Shown here piece after piece: positions 1-13,544 of a stretch of DNA of 64,000 nucleotides. Location: contig NMRA01000323.1 of assembly GCA_002633005.1 (NCBI GenBank), positions 330,817 to 394,816 of the forward strand, in the 5' to 3' direction. This DNA comes from Phoronis australis. Its lineage: Eukaryota > Animalia > Phoronida. A program made the translations under genes and the position numbers. The notes under the pieces are model-generated. The model was not told where the DNA came from and did no database searches. It worked only from the letters and a program-made list of their open reading frames with translations. The stretch's first letter is position 1. Each line of letters begins with the position of its first letter.

Positions 1-3000
1 CAAACCTCCGAACACCTTGAGCAGGAGGAACAACCTGCCAACAATGCAAACAAAATGAAAACTGGCCAACAATTGTTACTTTCATCTTGTTCATGCGTCG
101 CTGTATATGAACTTTAATGCGTCTTAGAATTGCTACATAAGGCTGTAAAGTCATTCACAGGGCCTTCCCTAAATCAACTTTGTTATGTTGTTATTTGCTG
201 ATGCAGTCAAAGATATTACAAAAAGCATTATTCAGATAAAACACTTCCTCACTGCAAATTGGATCCTCTGGTATTTCCCCACACTAAGGGTTAGTCATGC
301 TGACCAATATTGCAGACCATGTAGTGTTTCAAAACTTGTTAACTTCAGAGGGTAGGTAAACGCTACTGGGTATTATTTTGGTTCGAAGAGTACAGCGATC
401 AAATCATCATTATTTGATAACATGATGAAACTGGGTTAAATGACAGTCAATATGTCCTTTTAAACATACATGCAAAGTGTGTTCAGCCAATCAGAAGCGA
501 GGTATACCTGTGCGTGGCTTCCACAGACTTTGTAAAACACAGAACGTTGCGAAACTTGAGTTGGTGTAAGAAGTAGAGTACAGTAAGTGGCTTCTCACTG
601 GACGAGCACTCGACGAAAAACTCCTGAAATCCAGGTCGTTAAAACTAGGTCAGAGTTGACATTTGAACGCAGTTCTGCGACAATGACGCAATTTCACTTT
701 GACGAGGGCAGAAAAGAAAGTACATTTGTGCAGTAGAAGCTTTTCCCAGAGCAATTAATTGTTAGAAAACAAGATTTACACCACTTCCATATTCGTAAAA
801 CGCACTAAAGCTGTTATCATTATTTTGCAAAAACAAATATTTTGAAGCAACCCATGCATTCGTTTTCTATTGATGCAGGTCTCCACATATTCGTTAGTGC
901 AAATAATTCAGTCCTCGTGCCAAAGATATATTTTCGATGTGTAAATCAGATTTTTTACCATAGATAACGCGATTTTATTGTTTCCAGCACAAGATGACAA
1001 GGTTTGCACACGTGATTCACTGGTTCACCCAGAAAACTCGATGCTTGTTGGAACCCTTGTGTATGAAAAAAGAACTGACAACACATGGTGCAATGTCAAC
1101 ACCATAAATGCAGCGAACCACATAAAAACCTTAAAACTAAAGCTGCCACAAGGAAGGGAAACAGTAAGTCACAGCATTACATAAAGTGCCCGTGCCAAGA
1201 CAAAATTCATTAGAGCCAATACTACAAAAATCGAAAATTCAACAATTTTTAAATACGCAAAGCCGTAAATAAATTAATACAAAATTTCCGCAGAAAGGCA
1301 TATTGACCAGCAGGAGTCGCTTTGAGTCGCAAATCCACCAAATGGTGTCACTACTGTCACCTTCACAGCATGTTTTCCTGAACTAGCCGGAACTGCATCA
1401 CCAATAGACCAGTTCACGCGGTCACTTCTTTTTAATTTTATGAAGTTTGATGAAACAACGAAACCAATCTGCAATACTAAAAAACTAATTGAAGTTGACT
1501 TAAGGTGAAGCTGTGCTGAATCTGATAAGTCTGAAAATTGGCTGCTACAGCCTTCTTTCAAGTAATGGAGGATTGAAGAACTTTCATGGGGCACGGGAGA
1601 CAAAGATCCCGCACTAGGCACTAAGACAAACAGACAATGATGGCAGATTGTACATGCACGTGTGGCTGCACAAAATATCAAAAAAAAAAAAAATGTAAAC
1701 CATCTTTTAACTTACAGTCAAGCCTTTTGGAGTTGTGTATTTGCCAACAAATTCACCTTCAGTAGAAATAGGGATTTTCTCATCTATAGCCACTGCAATT
1801 GAACAAATGGATGTATGGTAATGCTTTGTTTATTTAGAACATACCATAGCCAACATGTGAAATTTTATTTTGTTAAATTTCTCCACGACAGTTAGATTAA
1901 GAACACATGTAATGAGGACAAAATTTTCAAATTCTTAGAAAACTGTCCTAGAACTATAGTACGTGATAAGTCCCAAGTCATGCAGAGTTTAACGAGCCGT
2001 ACCCACCTTGGCCTGAACCTGCTCCCATGCTGTGCTGTTCAGACACGACAGACGTGAACAGTTTGGGTTGGAACAGATTCAGCTGGTCCAACTTCTCTGG
2101 GTTCTGAGACAGTGTGGCGGAGAAAAGCAGCTTCTGTAGCTTTATGTGAGACAATAAAAATATAACAAATATCAATAGTGATAGTAGCAATCATAACAAT
2201 AATACTGGTACTGATAATAATGACATTAACAACGAAATTACTGTACTGACTAGGTAACCAGTTCAAGTAACAAACTCAATAAATAATTATCAGTTTTAAT
2301 ACTCAAATAATAAAAATGCTGAATAAGATACATTTAGTGATATCAACACACTTTAATGAAAAATTCCTGTTTCGCAATTTTTTAAACGTTATATTGACTG
2401 CAACAAGAAAAACCTACCGGCATATGCATCTTGGAAACACTGAAAAGCAAAAAACGCCAAAATGTTAATAAACACAGAGCACAACAGTCATAATAACAAT
2501 ACTTATTAAAAGTGCAGCAACACCAGGGCACTTTATACCCTCCCTGTGGCTGTCAGAGCCCTTGGAGGTGCAACAAAAAATTCTAAGTTGAAGATGACAT
2601 TGCAGCATTTTCGACCTTCACAGGATTCAGAGCCTCAAGGGTGGTTGAGACGCATAAACAATTATACCTCCAACTAGCAATAAACTAAATACAAGAGCAG
2701 GCTATCTTCCACTTACCTTGTAACGTGGAGGGCCCTAATGTGTGGTTGACACGCAAACACATAACCCTCAACTAGCAACAAAATGAAGACAATTATAGCA
2801 CGGCATCTTTCACATACCTGGCAACATTGAGGGCCCCAGGGGGTTGTCGACATGCAAACACAGCATTTTCGACCTGAGTCAACCAGTCCTGTTTGATTTC
2901 GTCCATCATACGATCAGCTTCATCAATGACCTAGTAGAGGAAAAGAGCATTAACGTAACATGAACATTCGAACTGACGATAACGAGACAACAGCAATTCC

Positions 3001-6000
3001 ACTCAATCTATTTCAAAGCCAAAACACGATAATGAATACGATTATAATATGATTACAAAATGCAAAAGTGGTCATAGAACACATTCAAAGGTGGATCACC
3101 CTGAAACACACCGTACAGCACTGATTATGACAATGCGACTGGAAAGTGGCATGTAAATTCCAAGTATCACGATAAGATCTCACCAATTTAGAACACCGCA
3201 AACAAATGAAGTAGTATTTTCTGTCAATAAGTACCAGAATGATGCTTTGTCTTATCCAAGTTATGTTACCATAGCTACCTACAGAATATATTTTGAAAAA
3301 TTGTGGGTATTCACAACAGCATTAGAAGCGTTTGAAAATGAAAAATGACGTACACTGGAAACTTTTCTTGGAACGTAATTTAACATAAAAGAGTTTTAAA
3401 AGATCTCATATCAACCATTCCCATGAATTGATGTGACTGGTATGATATGATATAAATGGCTGAAAAAACAATATTTACTGTGGATACAGTTTTTCACACA
3501 AGGACTATCATCAATCATGATATTTTAACTTATGACGATTTCTAATGACTGAGCAATCAATGATAAATGATCAAATTTTACAAGAGGCTTTCCATGGATG
3601 GTGATCATTTAACATCAGTCTGATCATCATTTATCATTAGCCTGATGAGAATTCATATCAGCCAAAATGCAAGTGGGACTGACTGTTTAGCAGTAACCTT
3701 CGATGCCAATACACTACCAGAAAGCGGAGTTGCTGAAGTGAAAACCCGGTTGTCATGGTAATGTGATCCACAAGCCTGCCAGGAGTGGCCACTATGATGT
3801 CGGCTGTACTATGGTAACCACGAACTCTGGAAGATAATTAATGATTATGAATGGATGACTACACTGACAGTGAAGAGATGGAGATGTAGGTAGTTCAACC
3901 AAGCTTTTGAAAGCTTGTTGATAGAGTTCAACCTTTACAAATACCCAATTATTAGGAAAGGTTGCACACAGTTGCGTTGGTGAGGTAGATTTCACGTTAA
4001 TTTAAATTTACTTAATTTTAAAACATTTTTAGAGGGGAATGGAATTGATATTCTGCCCCAAAATTGAGGCATCGATAGCCTTGAGTTAGGAGTACAATGT
4101 ACCGAATGAATACAATTCAATGCAGCAGGTAACACTAGTGAAACTCACACAAGTCAGATGTAACCGCACTGAGACACTTCACCAGCGAATGAAGAAATTC
4201 TACTTACCTGAAGACCCAAGCGCACAAACTAGAACAACCCTACAACAAAACATTAAGCGAAAATCCAACATATGAATGACCAATTTATGGGTGCTTAACA
4301 AAACCATGCATACCCTTTTCGCAAGAGTGACTTTTGTTCAAGAGACAGCGTCTTCTGACCCGTGATCAGTGCCACCTTCAAGGATGTTCCATTACAGTAG
4401 GTCCTGAAAACGTTGTAGACTTGACAGGCTAGATCACGCACAGGAAGAACCACAAGGGCCCGGACACCAAACACAACTCGTCCCTGCAGCGCCTGAGGTA
4501 AAAACAACACTCAGCTAAGAGCACAATACAGGATAAAACATTCAAAACAGAAAAATGTTTTAATAACAGACTGTTGAATTTTACGGGAGTCACTGATGAA
4601 AATTTAATGACATTTTGCATGAACTATACATTCAAAGAAAATATTTAAGTATTTTGCAAGGTTTTCCATATAGATAAAAGCATGAAAGTTTTGAGACATC
4701 CAGATGAGGTAACAAACTACAGGGAAATTGAGTCAAATACTGGAACTTTCTTACTTGATATGGTGACGTTGCGTCCGTCTCTTGTTGACTTCTGCTTGGC
4801 TAATAGTGTTTTTATCGTTCTGGCCAATAGGTGGTGTTTTAACCAGACGAAACGGCATCGAGGTCACTCACACTTGGGGGATAGTGTCCTGACCTCGATG
4901 CCGCGTTGTCTGGTTAAAATGCCACCTATTGGCCATAACGATAATAACACCACTAGCCAAGTTGAAGTCTATGAGATGGATGCAATGTCGCTAACTCAAG
5001 TAACCAAATTCCAGTATTTACTGTGTTTTCCATGTGAAATGAGAACCATGGTTCCCTTTTTTCTTCATTTGTTAAAATTCTTCAGAGTTCCAATTAGTGA
5101 CCTTCCAACCCAACACAACAAACGACGTACAGCAAAATTACCCTCCTAAAGCTCAAGATCAACAGGTGACTTATATAGTAGACAAGTCCAGTGTCAGGAG
5201 GATGGCCATGATTGTACCTGTATAATGGGAAGGACAAAGGCCAACGTCTTCCCACTTCCCGTGGGAGCTGAACAACAGATGTCGCTAGGTCTGTATCCCG
5301 CACGCCCTGTTAAGACACCTGTCATAACGAAGTTCATCAACACAGGGATCAGGTGGCGCTGAACTGAAAAAAGAACAGTCTGTGCAAAGAAGCAGAGGAA
5401 ATTTGCAAAAAAGTAGTCCACCCTGACGCCACATTGAAAAGGGATACTCTTGGCGAGAAAAACAATTTGACAGTAGCGTGGAAGGGAACCCGATAATTCT
5501 GCAATTCGCAGCCGAAAGCTGTTACCTCTGACCCAAATTCCAGGCATTACATACCAGAGTATTGGGCATTTGTAACAAGATAAAAAACAACAGATTTTGT
5601 TGCCTTATAGCTCTGGTCAAAGTTGATAACTTCAAGAAGTCTACCCGATTCAAGAATGATCCCCAAATTAAGTTTTTGGCCTTACATAATGTTCCTTTAA
5701 TTTCTTAGATTTTTGATTAATAGGCAACATCTCTATTAGCAACAGGGACCTTTCCTAGAAACAGCAAAAAATATCATTGTGGAAAATATTTAATGTTTCA
5801 GAATTACAAGCTAGGCACCTGGGAAGAAGTGTGTAATTCCATTTTCCTTCAGTGTTCCCTTTAAAACAGATGAAAGGCAGGTCAAGTCATCCACAGGTGT
5901 CCGTTTGTCTCGGACATCTGTCTCAATAATTGTCGGGTGGGACAGCCAGTGAGGTAGGACACGGTCAACCTGGCAAAACAAACACGAAGCATTAATTCGG

Positions 6001-8449
6001 TAATAATTCTTGTTCACTCTCCACACTGCAGTTGCTGATTGAAATTCCAAAATCAAAACTATGACACTAATTACTCTAGGACATTGGTCTTGAAATTTTT
6101 TCATCATTTCTGCCGCCACGAAAGACACACAGAGCATTTAGGAGTTTCAAAAAAACCACATGACTTGTCAGCCCTTCCAAAATGCAAACTGCAGGTCATA
6201 TTACATTTCCAATAGAAATTTGACCTAATGATGTCATGGCAAGTCTAGTTTGAAAAAGCTTACTATTTTGCAGTTTAGTAGAAAAGAACTGCAACATTAA
6301 ACTTACATGAATTCTAGGTGCCCATTGGCTCTAGCTCTAGATGAGGTTTCTGTCGGATTTACTTTTTTACAACTTCGACAATGCTAAGAATTTTTAAAAA
6401 TTTGACAAGGTTTTCAAACTGGAAAATAATTTCTTCCTAAAACCGCTTTGAAGTGATGTATTAAAATCATTTCTGAAATCCATTGGTCTATTTTACTTAT
6501 GGAAGATTTGGTTGTGTAGTGATTAGAGTACTAGACTGATAATCTAAAGGTTCGTAGTTCAAGCCCAGCTCCAGCAAAAAGAAAAAAGTGCCATGAGTGT
6601 ACCAAACACCTGTGCTCGTTCTTCTAAGAATACTGTAACACAGAGAAATGACAAAACGGTTATGCCCACGCAAGTAGGCTAAAGGTCAATGTAAATAAAG
6701 CAATAGATTTTTGAAATGATGGCAAGGCTCACAGAATATGGGATTTCATTTTTCCAAAAATCGTAATTCTCCACAGAGATTGTTGCATTTCCCACAAACA
6801 CGAATTTTTTTGCACACAACTTCCAAATTCTTTTTCTTTAACGTATTAGCTACAGAACTGTGTCTGGGATTTTCTTATAAGACCTTTTAGCCCCAAGAGT
6901 GCAGCTGCAAAAAATAAGGAATTACATTTTTTCAAGGACTGTTGCTAGCTGACATGTTTATTTTTGACAGCGGAGATCTCAGACTCAAAAGGCCTTAAAA
7001 ATCCCAGACGTGCTTTTGCAGCTAATACAATGAAGACACATGATTTGCAAGTTTCACGAGAAAAAATATTGTGGAAATCCTGGTGAACTGTGCAAATATA
7101 TATAGATTTTTTATGAAAAATGCAAACATGGTTATGAACATCTGGGCATTCATACAGAATATGTTTATGTGACTATCAAGGATTTCAAAACTACAGTGTT
7201 ATCTACAGCACACATCACGAATTTTTGTCTGACCGGTCGACTAGGAGTCGACGACCGGCTGTCGAAAGGTCGGCAAATTATCCGACCGGTCGGCTAAATC
7301 TTAGATAATTTGAAAGCCGACCCACCAGCTGACTCTACAGCCGACCTTAATTGCCGACTGGCCATCAGCCGACCCGCTAGTCGGCTGCTATTTTTAGGCT
7401 AGAGTAGCAGTTGCGTAATAGGTTGTCAGGCTTATACCGCTTTGCGAGCAGATGCCGACATTCGTCTCGGCACAGGGTCAAATACATTAACTTAACTTTA
7501 CTGTTTCCATTACATGAGTTCACATCGGTTGTGTTAATTGACAACACTAATTCAAAGGTTGGAAGCAAGCGGTAATATTGAACATTGGATTATGGACAAT
7601 GCAACAAGTTTTGGATAACAAAACGTTAAAGTTTTCTTTACATTTGATCTTTTGGCTTGTGACATTAAAAAGTTGCATTAGACTAGCTGCTTTCCAGTCA
7701 ATACAACGGCATAGTCATTTTGTAAATGCAGCTATTTTTTACAGTCTTCGCCCACATTTGTTTTTTGTCTGTGTTACGCCAAACTGCATCTTTTTGCATT
7801 AAAATTCCACATGGGTCTCTTATCACGCGCCCATGATGATGGGATAGTGAATGAGTTGTTGCACAGAAGAGCTCTTACTCTGGAGATTTTGTTTTGACAG
7901 TATTAACCCGGCTTACAATAAAGACGCGAAACACACGGAACTTTATGCCCTAATCCCACGAACTTGGAAGGCTCTAACTTCAAAATCATATGGTTACGAT
8001 TTCCACGAACTTAGACAGTGACATCAAACACGGAATGACCATTATTGAGGCTAGTACCAATTCTAGCCTTGCGCATTCCGTTTTCATGCATCGGTGACGG
8101 TAAAACCTGCTCTAGTTACATGTATCAGTTGGTAGTTGACGTTGTTCCAAAAACAAATATTTTCTGTCAACAACATATTGACAAATTGTATAAAATAAAA
8201 CAATTTTGAACGGGAAGATGCAAATACGTGGTGAAGAGGTTTTGTCTCTACGTGGCATTTGTGCGTGAATCTTTGGTAAAGCGAATGCAATGTCGAAAAA
8301 AATGAAAGAAAATACACCAAGGTACACGTTTTGTGAAGCAATGGGTCTGGTGATGTTTATAGCGCATGATCTGGCCACCTTAGGTAGTAAGTGACGCTGA
8401 ATGATATCTGGCAACTATGGCTCCAAAATAAAAATATCATGCCTGTATT

Positions 8450-8489
<40 letters not shown>

Positions 8490-11400
8490 NGGTAAGTTTG
8501 TAAAAAGTGCCAAAATGTAGCTGTAACGAGGCTTGGAATTGGCAGAAAAACAACACGTTCCCATAGCAACCACAAGGTGGCGCACGCAAAAAAAATTAAT
8601 GTTGGTATGAAGGTTGGGGCATCAACCCCTACCACCATGCAAACAATCGAGGAAATCCGTGACATAGCCTTTATCACTTTTTGCCTGGTCCATTCGTGGA
8701 CGTGCTCTTAAGTCCTAAAATCGCAGAATCATTCTTCTGTGGTCAGCTGTAACAAGACCTAAATTTTTTCGGAACGGTGCTCAATCTTAAAAAATTTTCC
8801 AGCACGAGAGTGCTTTGTCAGAAATGCCCAGCTCATGCAGCATTCTAAGACAAAGACGTTTTCGTTTCCGTATGTCCACAAAAGGGCTTTGAGCAGTGTG
8901 TACATTTCGCTTTTCCAAACGAATATGGCCAACACGGTGTTTTGAAAAAAGTCCATTTTTGAGGGGATTTTCATGTTTGGTTGATGCATTCAGTCAGTGC
9001 CACGTCGTACATCAAATGTAGGGGAGAGTTTACTTACCGGTTCCGTACCAGTTATCGTTGTCATACCACGTCATTTCCCCCCAAACTATGGCCAGTCAAT
9101 GAATGTATATTGTGTTTATTGAAATACCTTTAGGCAATCATTAGTTTTAGAAGAATTATTAAAGTTTGACTTGTGGCAATATTGCATAGCGTTTTAAGAC
9201 TCATGTTCATGTTGACATCATTCAGCAATTAATTCCAAAATCCAACTGCGCCTACGCCACGGATATTTGTCAAGTTTGATATTTGTAATCCCCCTCTTGT
9301 TGCAACACCTAACTACATATGGTTTCTAGAAGGATCTGATGCTTCAATTTACGTTTAGCAATTATAAGAGACGAAACGTGTTGTAATTACAGAAATTCAT
9401 AAGCAGTACTAGAATGGCTGCAGGACGGGATTGAACTGGAAACCTCTGGTACAACACTTCGGGGCGGCAGGTGGCACCAGTGGATTATTAATTAAAATGC
9501 GTTTGCCTGACTTACTTGAATGTAATATTTCTAATGCTAAAATGTTTAGTGCCGATCATCAAGAATTGTTGTGTCGCCTCTCCCTCCCCCTTCTCCCCTC
9601 CGGAGAGTGTTCCGCATGAGACAAATCTCCTTCCATCCTAGCTACATGTACGCCCCTCAGGATTTACACAGAAGTCCGTGCCCTGACTGTTGCATACTTC
9701 TATATGCATTATACATTGCTCCTTGCTAGTTCAAAGGCTTAGTTTTGCCCTTTATATTTACCGTCAATCTTAATGAACTTGTACGTAACAAAATAGACAC
9801 TGTGTATACTGTTCGTCTTCTTCACTGTCTTAATCAAATTTTCTAAACTTAGAATAAGTAATGCTTGTGTAAAAATCTTGCACCTCCATTTTGGTTGATA
9901 AGAATTCTGATCGTTCACATATATCAGTCTGATCATCATTTACGGATCGTTTTTGGTCAGTGACAAAAATTTGTATAAATTACTAGGGCTGATGAAAAAA
10001 CCTAGATCTTATATAACACCTTTCGTTAATATTAATTCTTATCAAAATCTCAGAAATAGTTGAAATTAATCCATTTTAAAGAACCATTTGTAATAAATTT
10101 TATCAACCAAAATTGATTGTGTACACCTGTCGTGCATGCGCAGACATAGTGCCTGTGTACATCTGTCGTGCACGCGCATTTATAGTGCCTGTGTACACTT
10201 GTCCGGCACGCGCAGATATACATGTAAATAGTGGGACAAAGGGACATTTCCCCCACTGCTCCAACGAGAGAGGGTACCTTCTGAAATGGGACACCTTAAG
10301 ATGAAAGGCTAAACATCATTAAGCTTGGAAAAAAGTGACAGTTCATTCCACCCTCGTGTGGTCCCAAAACGATGCAGGGAGTGACCTCCTTCAACACGAA
10401 AGCACGATTTCACAAAAAACAGGAAAATAGAGGTAATCGATTCCAACATTGGACCCTTTCACCGTAAGGGGCCCCGTAAGAATTTCTTAATAAAAACACA
10501 AAACGGTGGCCACTTGAATGTCATCAATTGCCTCGCTCAAAAGCGGGGCCCCTCAATATGAAAATAACTGTATTTTCAAATATCAGGAAATGCACGGCAA
10601 TTGATGTTATCTGTCAGGTCATCAATTTTTCCCAAGGGATAAACAGTTTTGAGAAAAAAAAATAAAGCGAAAGTTGTCACCATTATCCCTTGCCAGAGAG
10701 GGGCCTCTAGAAAAATATAGTTTTGCATTCGCAAAATTGACTTATTGAATGTAAACATCCAGTAAATTGGTACGCTCTGCAAAAACTTCGCTTTACAAAT
10801 TCTCTCGATTTTTTTTAATTATATGTGTGCGTTTAGACGACCTGTGCTGCAAAAGCGAAGACCCTAACGACAATGTCCTGGCCTGGGTCCTCAAAATGTA
10901 AACCATGCACTGATGCAGATTTGTTAAATGTTCTCTTGAATTTTCTCTCTTATCCGTTTTTCGCAGTCTTTCGTTTTTCGACTGTCCCCGGCACCACGCC
11001 GATGTGGGTTGCCATGGCTTAACCCAGATGCCTGAAGATTTTTGCGGGGGCCCGTGCCCGCCTCGCCTCCCCCCCGCTTCCTACGGTCCTGAAACCGTAT
11101 GCAAATTTACTGACACACTTCAAATTTCCTGGTTGTTGATACTCTTTTATGCATAATGTATAAAAGTTTCACATCTAGAGTGCGAAATTATGTTTCCACG
11201 TAATCATTTAACGTTCAATTTTACCACGCCGTCAGCAATTCAACTTAAAGTTTACGTTGGTGCAATTTCACGCAATTCGTATTTGTAGGTTGATTCGATT
11301 TTACCACCTTTCAATAGTTGAACAAAAGTTGATAAACCGATGTCAAGACTGGAGTGGCCACTGGTGAACGAACAGCAAACAGTTAAATGTTTTTGCTTGG

Positions 11401-13370
11401 CCAAAGTTCACCTGCTAAGTCATAAAATGGTAATTGCCGACCGAGGACACGCATAATCCGAATTGTTCGTCTATGCTAGGTGACCACTTTGCCGACCCAA
11501 GTGCCGACCGCAGAGGCGACTCAGCAGACGGCTCCCAGCAGACCATTGTTGGTCGGCTGATGGTCGGCTAGACGGCCGGTCGTCGACCAATTTCCGACCG
11601 GTCATCGACCAATTTCCGACCGGTCGGACAAAAATTCGTGATGTGTGCTGTACTATCAATACCGTCTCAATAAATTTTTAAAAAATTTGACCCTTGGTAA
11701 CGAATCCAGCCTATTACCTAAACACGATCAAGATATACACATATGCTCTTGAATGAGTGAAACCATGACACTTCAAAAGCAATTTTAATATTTTTTTACC
11801 TTCTAAAGCCAAGAAAATTTCGATGGAATAACTTAGCAAGAGTTGTCACCACCGCTATCTTGACTTTACAAACTTATGTGATAAGAAGCCATGTCAAACC
11901 TTTTCCAACCCTTTCTTTTTGTCACTTCCAATAATTGTGAACCCACAATCCTTGACTTCTGACCCAACTCCTTCCTCTCCATCCGAAGTCTCTTCCTCAC
12001 CAGCTTCATCATCACTCAACTTCTCTCCAACAGATGTCGACACTGGCAGTGGTGATGAGTCACTAGTAACAGGGAGTACATCAACACCATGATGAGAGTA
12101 TTTATGTGGGAAGGGTTGTCCAACTTCAGGAGAATCTTTTTTCCGTTTCTTTTTTCTGCTCGATTTGCTGTCGCCTGCATCGACACTGCTCTCCTCCACA
12201 GTAACGTTGCCTGACAATGTTCTCTTATTGCGTCCCTTTGTTTTTGATTGAGGATCATTGTTGTCATCAACAGTCCTTTCAGTGTGAGACAGTCTTTGCT
12301 GTAACAGCTGCTCCCTCTCTTGAGTAGACTCTACACTCTCGTCCTTCAGTTGCTGTTTTGTTGCATCAATCTGTTGTTTCTTTAACTGTGCTCGCTGTTT
12401 GAGTTTTTCCAGCAAAGATTTGGACCTCTGCTCAGTAGGGGCACAGACATCATCATCATCTGTAGTGAATCTAAAAACAAGAATGCATAAAGAAAGGTGG
12501 AATTGTTATAAATGTGAATAGAGTAATCACAGCAACATCTTGACAATATCTCAAACCGGCACGAAAATGATATAAAGTTGAGGTATAAATCATAATTAGC
12601 AAGGTTAAGGAAAATCTTTCAGCATGGTGCATTAAGATGTGCCAGCACCAAAAAAGCTTCCACCATAAAGAGGCCAGATTGGATGGTCACCATGTCCAAA
12701 CTTGCTGGCTCAGCTCAGACTAGGATCTTCATGACTCAGTCAGATGCAGAGGAATGATGTGAATTGCCAATTCCAGGAGTGACAAACAGTCAGGTAATGC
12801 CTGGCGTCTCTAAATCGTGCACTAATGTGGGCAATCACTCTTTGTTCAAAGGTTGCATCTCCCAATGCTCAACACCCCCATCACTCGTGCGTGGACCATC
12901 AGAGCTTAATTTTCTCAATCCTTTGCTGGTCTCTACTAAAATCAATAACCTCAATCGAAGGACTAGAAAAGAAGCATAGTCAGGGTTGCCATTTATGGAC
13001 ATGGGGATCATGTGATGATGAGATTGCCAACTTCGTGAGACTTCCAGCAGATTGAAAGCAAGAAGTAACACCAGGCGTGCGTTCAGTAGACGCTAGGACC
13101 TGGCTAAAACCTAGTCAAAGTCACGTGTTTTCATTTAAAATGCACGGCAATATCTCACATAATCTCGCGAAGTCTTGCTTTTTAGCGAGGTCCTAGCGTT
13201 ACTGAACGGGAGGCAGCTATGCTTAGGCTAAGCTTACCCTCAGCCAAGCCCAGGCCAAGGTCAAGGACAAGGAGTTTTACTACACAACTTAAATAAATGG
13301 TGTATGGGACGTGAGTGATACAATAACCTGTAAATACCACAATTTACCTGTTTACTACGAATAGGGACAT
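1..13370 (-). CDS. DDX51: DEAD-box RNA helicase DDX51/Dbp6 (multi-exon; 3' end runs off the window)
   Basis: Phase-consistent GT-AG exons: 13348-13370 (MSLFVVNR), 11900-12470, 5819-5969 (VLPHWLSHP..FFP), 5218-5363 (SAPTGSGKT), 4314-4492 (LPVRDLACQV), 3718-3826 (ATPGRLVDH), 2818-2930 (DEADRM), 2418-2439 (22-nt microexon, SVSKMHMP), 2007-2139 (LQKLLFSATLSQNPEKL), 1716-1792 (GKYTTP), 508-623 (KPL..LCFT), 1-34 (partial). The N-terminus and the LFSATLxxNPEKL..LFQP motifs are typical of DDX51. Confidence 0.93.
4762..4993. repeat. ~230-bp foldback palindrome (MITE-like) in a DDX51 intron
   Basis: Left arm tggccaataggtggtgttttaaccagac..cggcatcgaggtca is the reverse complement of the right arm tgacctcgatgccg..gtctggttaaaatgccacctattggcca, around a short central loop. 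Confidence 0.85.
7206..11650. mobile_element. Non-autonomous TIR DNA transposon with nested insertions, in DDX51 intron 2
   Basis: ~34-bp TIRs: cagcacacatcacgaatttttgtctgaccggtcg at 7206 and its reverse complement ending at 11650. TA flanks both ends (7204-7205, 11651-11652). Subterminal GTCGAC/CCGAC-rich repeats; no intact transposase seen. Confidence 0.8.
10119..10220. repeat. 36-bp tandem repeat, ~2.8 copies
   Basis: Unit gtgtacacctgtcgtgcatgcgcagacatagtgcct, with variants starting at 10119, 10155 and 10191. Confidence 0.85.
13080..13208. mobile_element. Small MITE/hairpin in DDX51 intron 1
   Basis: ~29-bp inverted ends cgttcagtagacgctaggacctggctaaaa / ttttagcgaggtcctagcgttactgaacg. Confidence 0.7.
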
Positions 13371-13544
13371 TTTTCAAATCAACAGTTTGGGAAAACCTAT
13401 AGACATGAATCGTAATTGCGACAAACTAGTTAAATATATCGCAAACACGGCTTCTCCAAGGGCGCAGACATTTTGTGGTTTGCATGATGGGAAAATTTCA
13501 ATTTTTCTTTGCCAATCAAATTAAGCCAAATATACCGGAAATTA
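13371..13544. promoter_or_regulatory. Compact bidirectional promoter shared by DDX51 and FICD
   Basis: Only 174 bp between the divergent ATGs (13370 on minus, 13545 on plus). Contains a ZNF143/Staf-like site TTCCCATCATGCA (minus strand, 13481-13493) and a YY1-like CAAAATGTCTG (minus strand, 13465-13475). Confidence 0.7.

Noticed and set aside
345-411. Possible intronic C/D-box snoRNA (ATGATGA..CTGA on the minus strand)
   Set aside because: No convincing terminal stem and no perfect rRNA guide identifiable by eye.
1274-1681. 135-aa minus-strand ORF in a DDX51 intron
   Set aside because: No recognisable motifs; DDX51 exons 1716-1792 and 508-623 join in phase without it.
6508-6575. tRNA-like sequence
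   Set aside because: Only degenerate A/B boxes and no acceptor stem; at most a SINE remnant.
8451-8490. Poly-C / G-quadruplex tract
   Set aside because: Abuts an N gap; the length is probably an assembly artefact.
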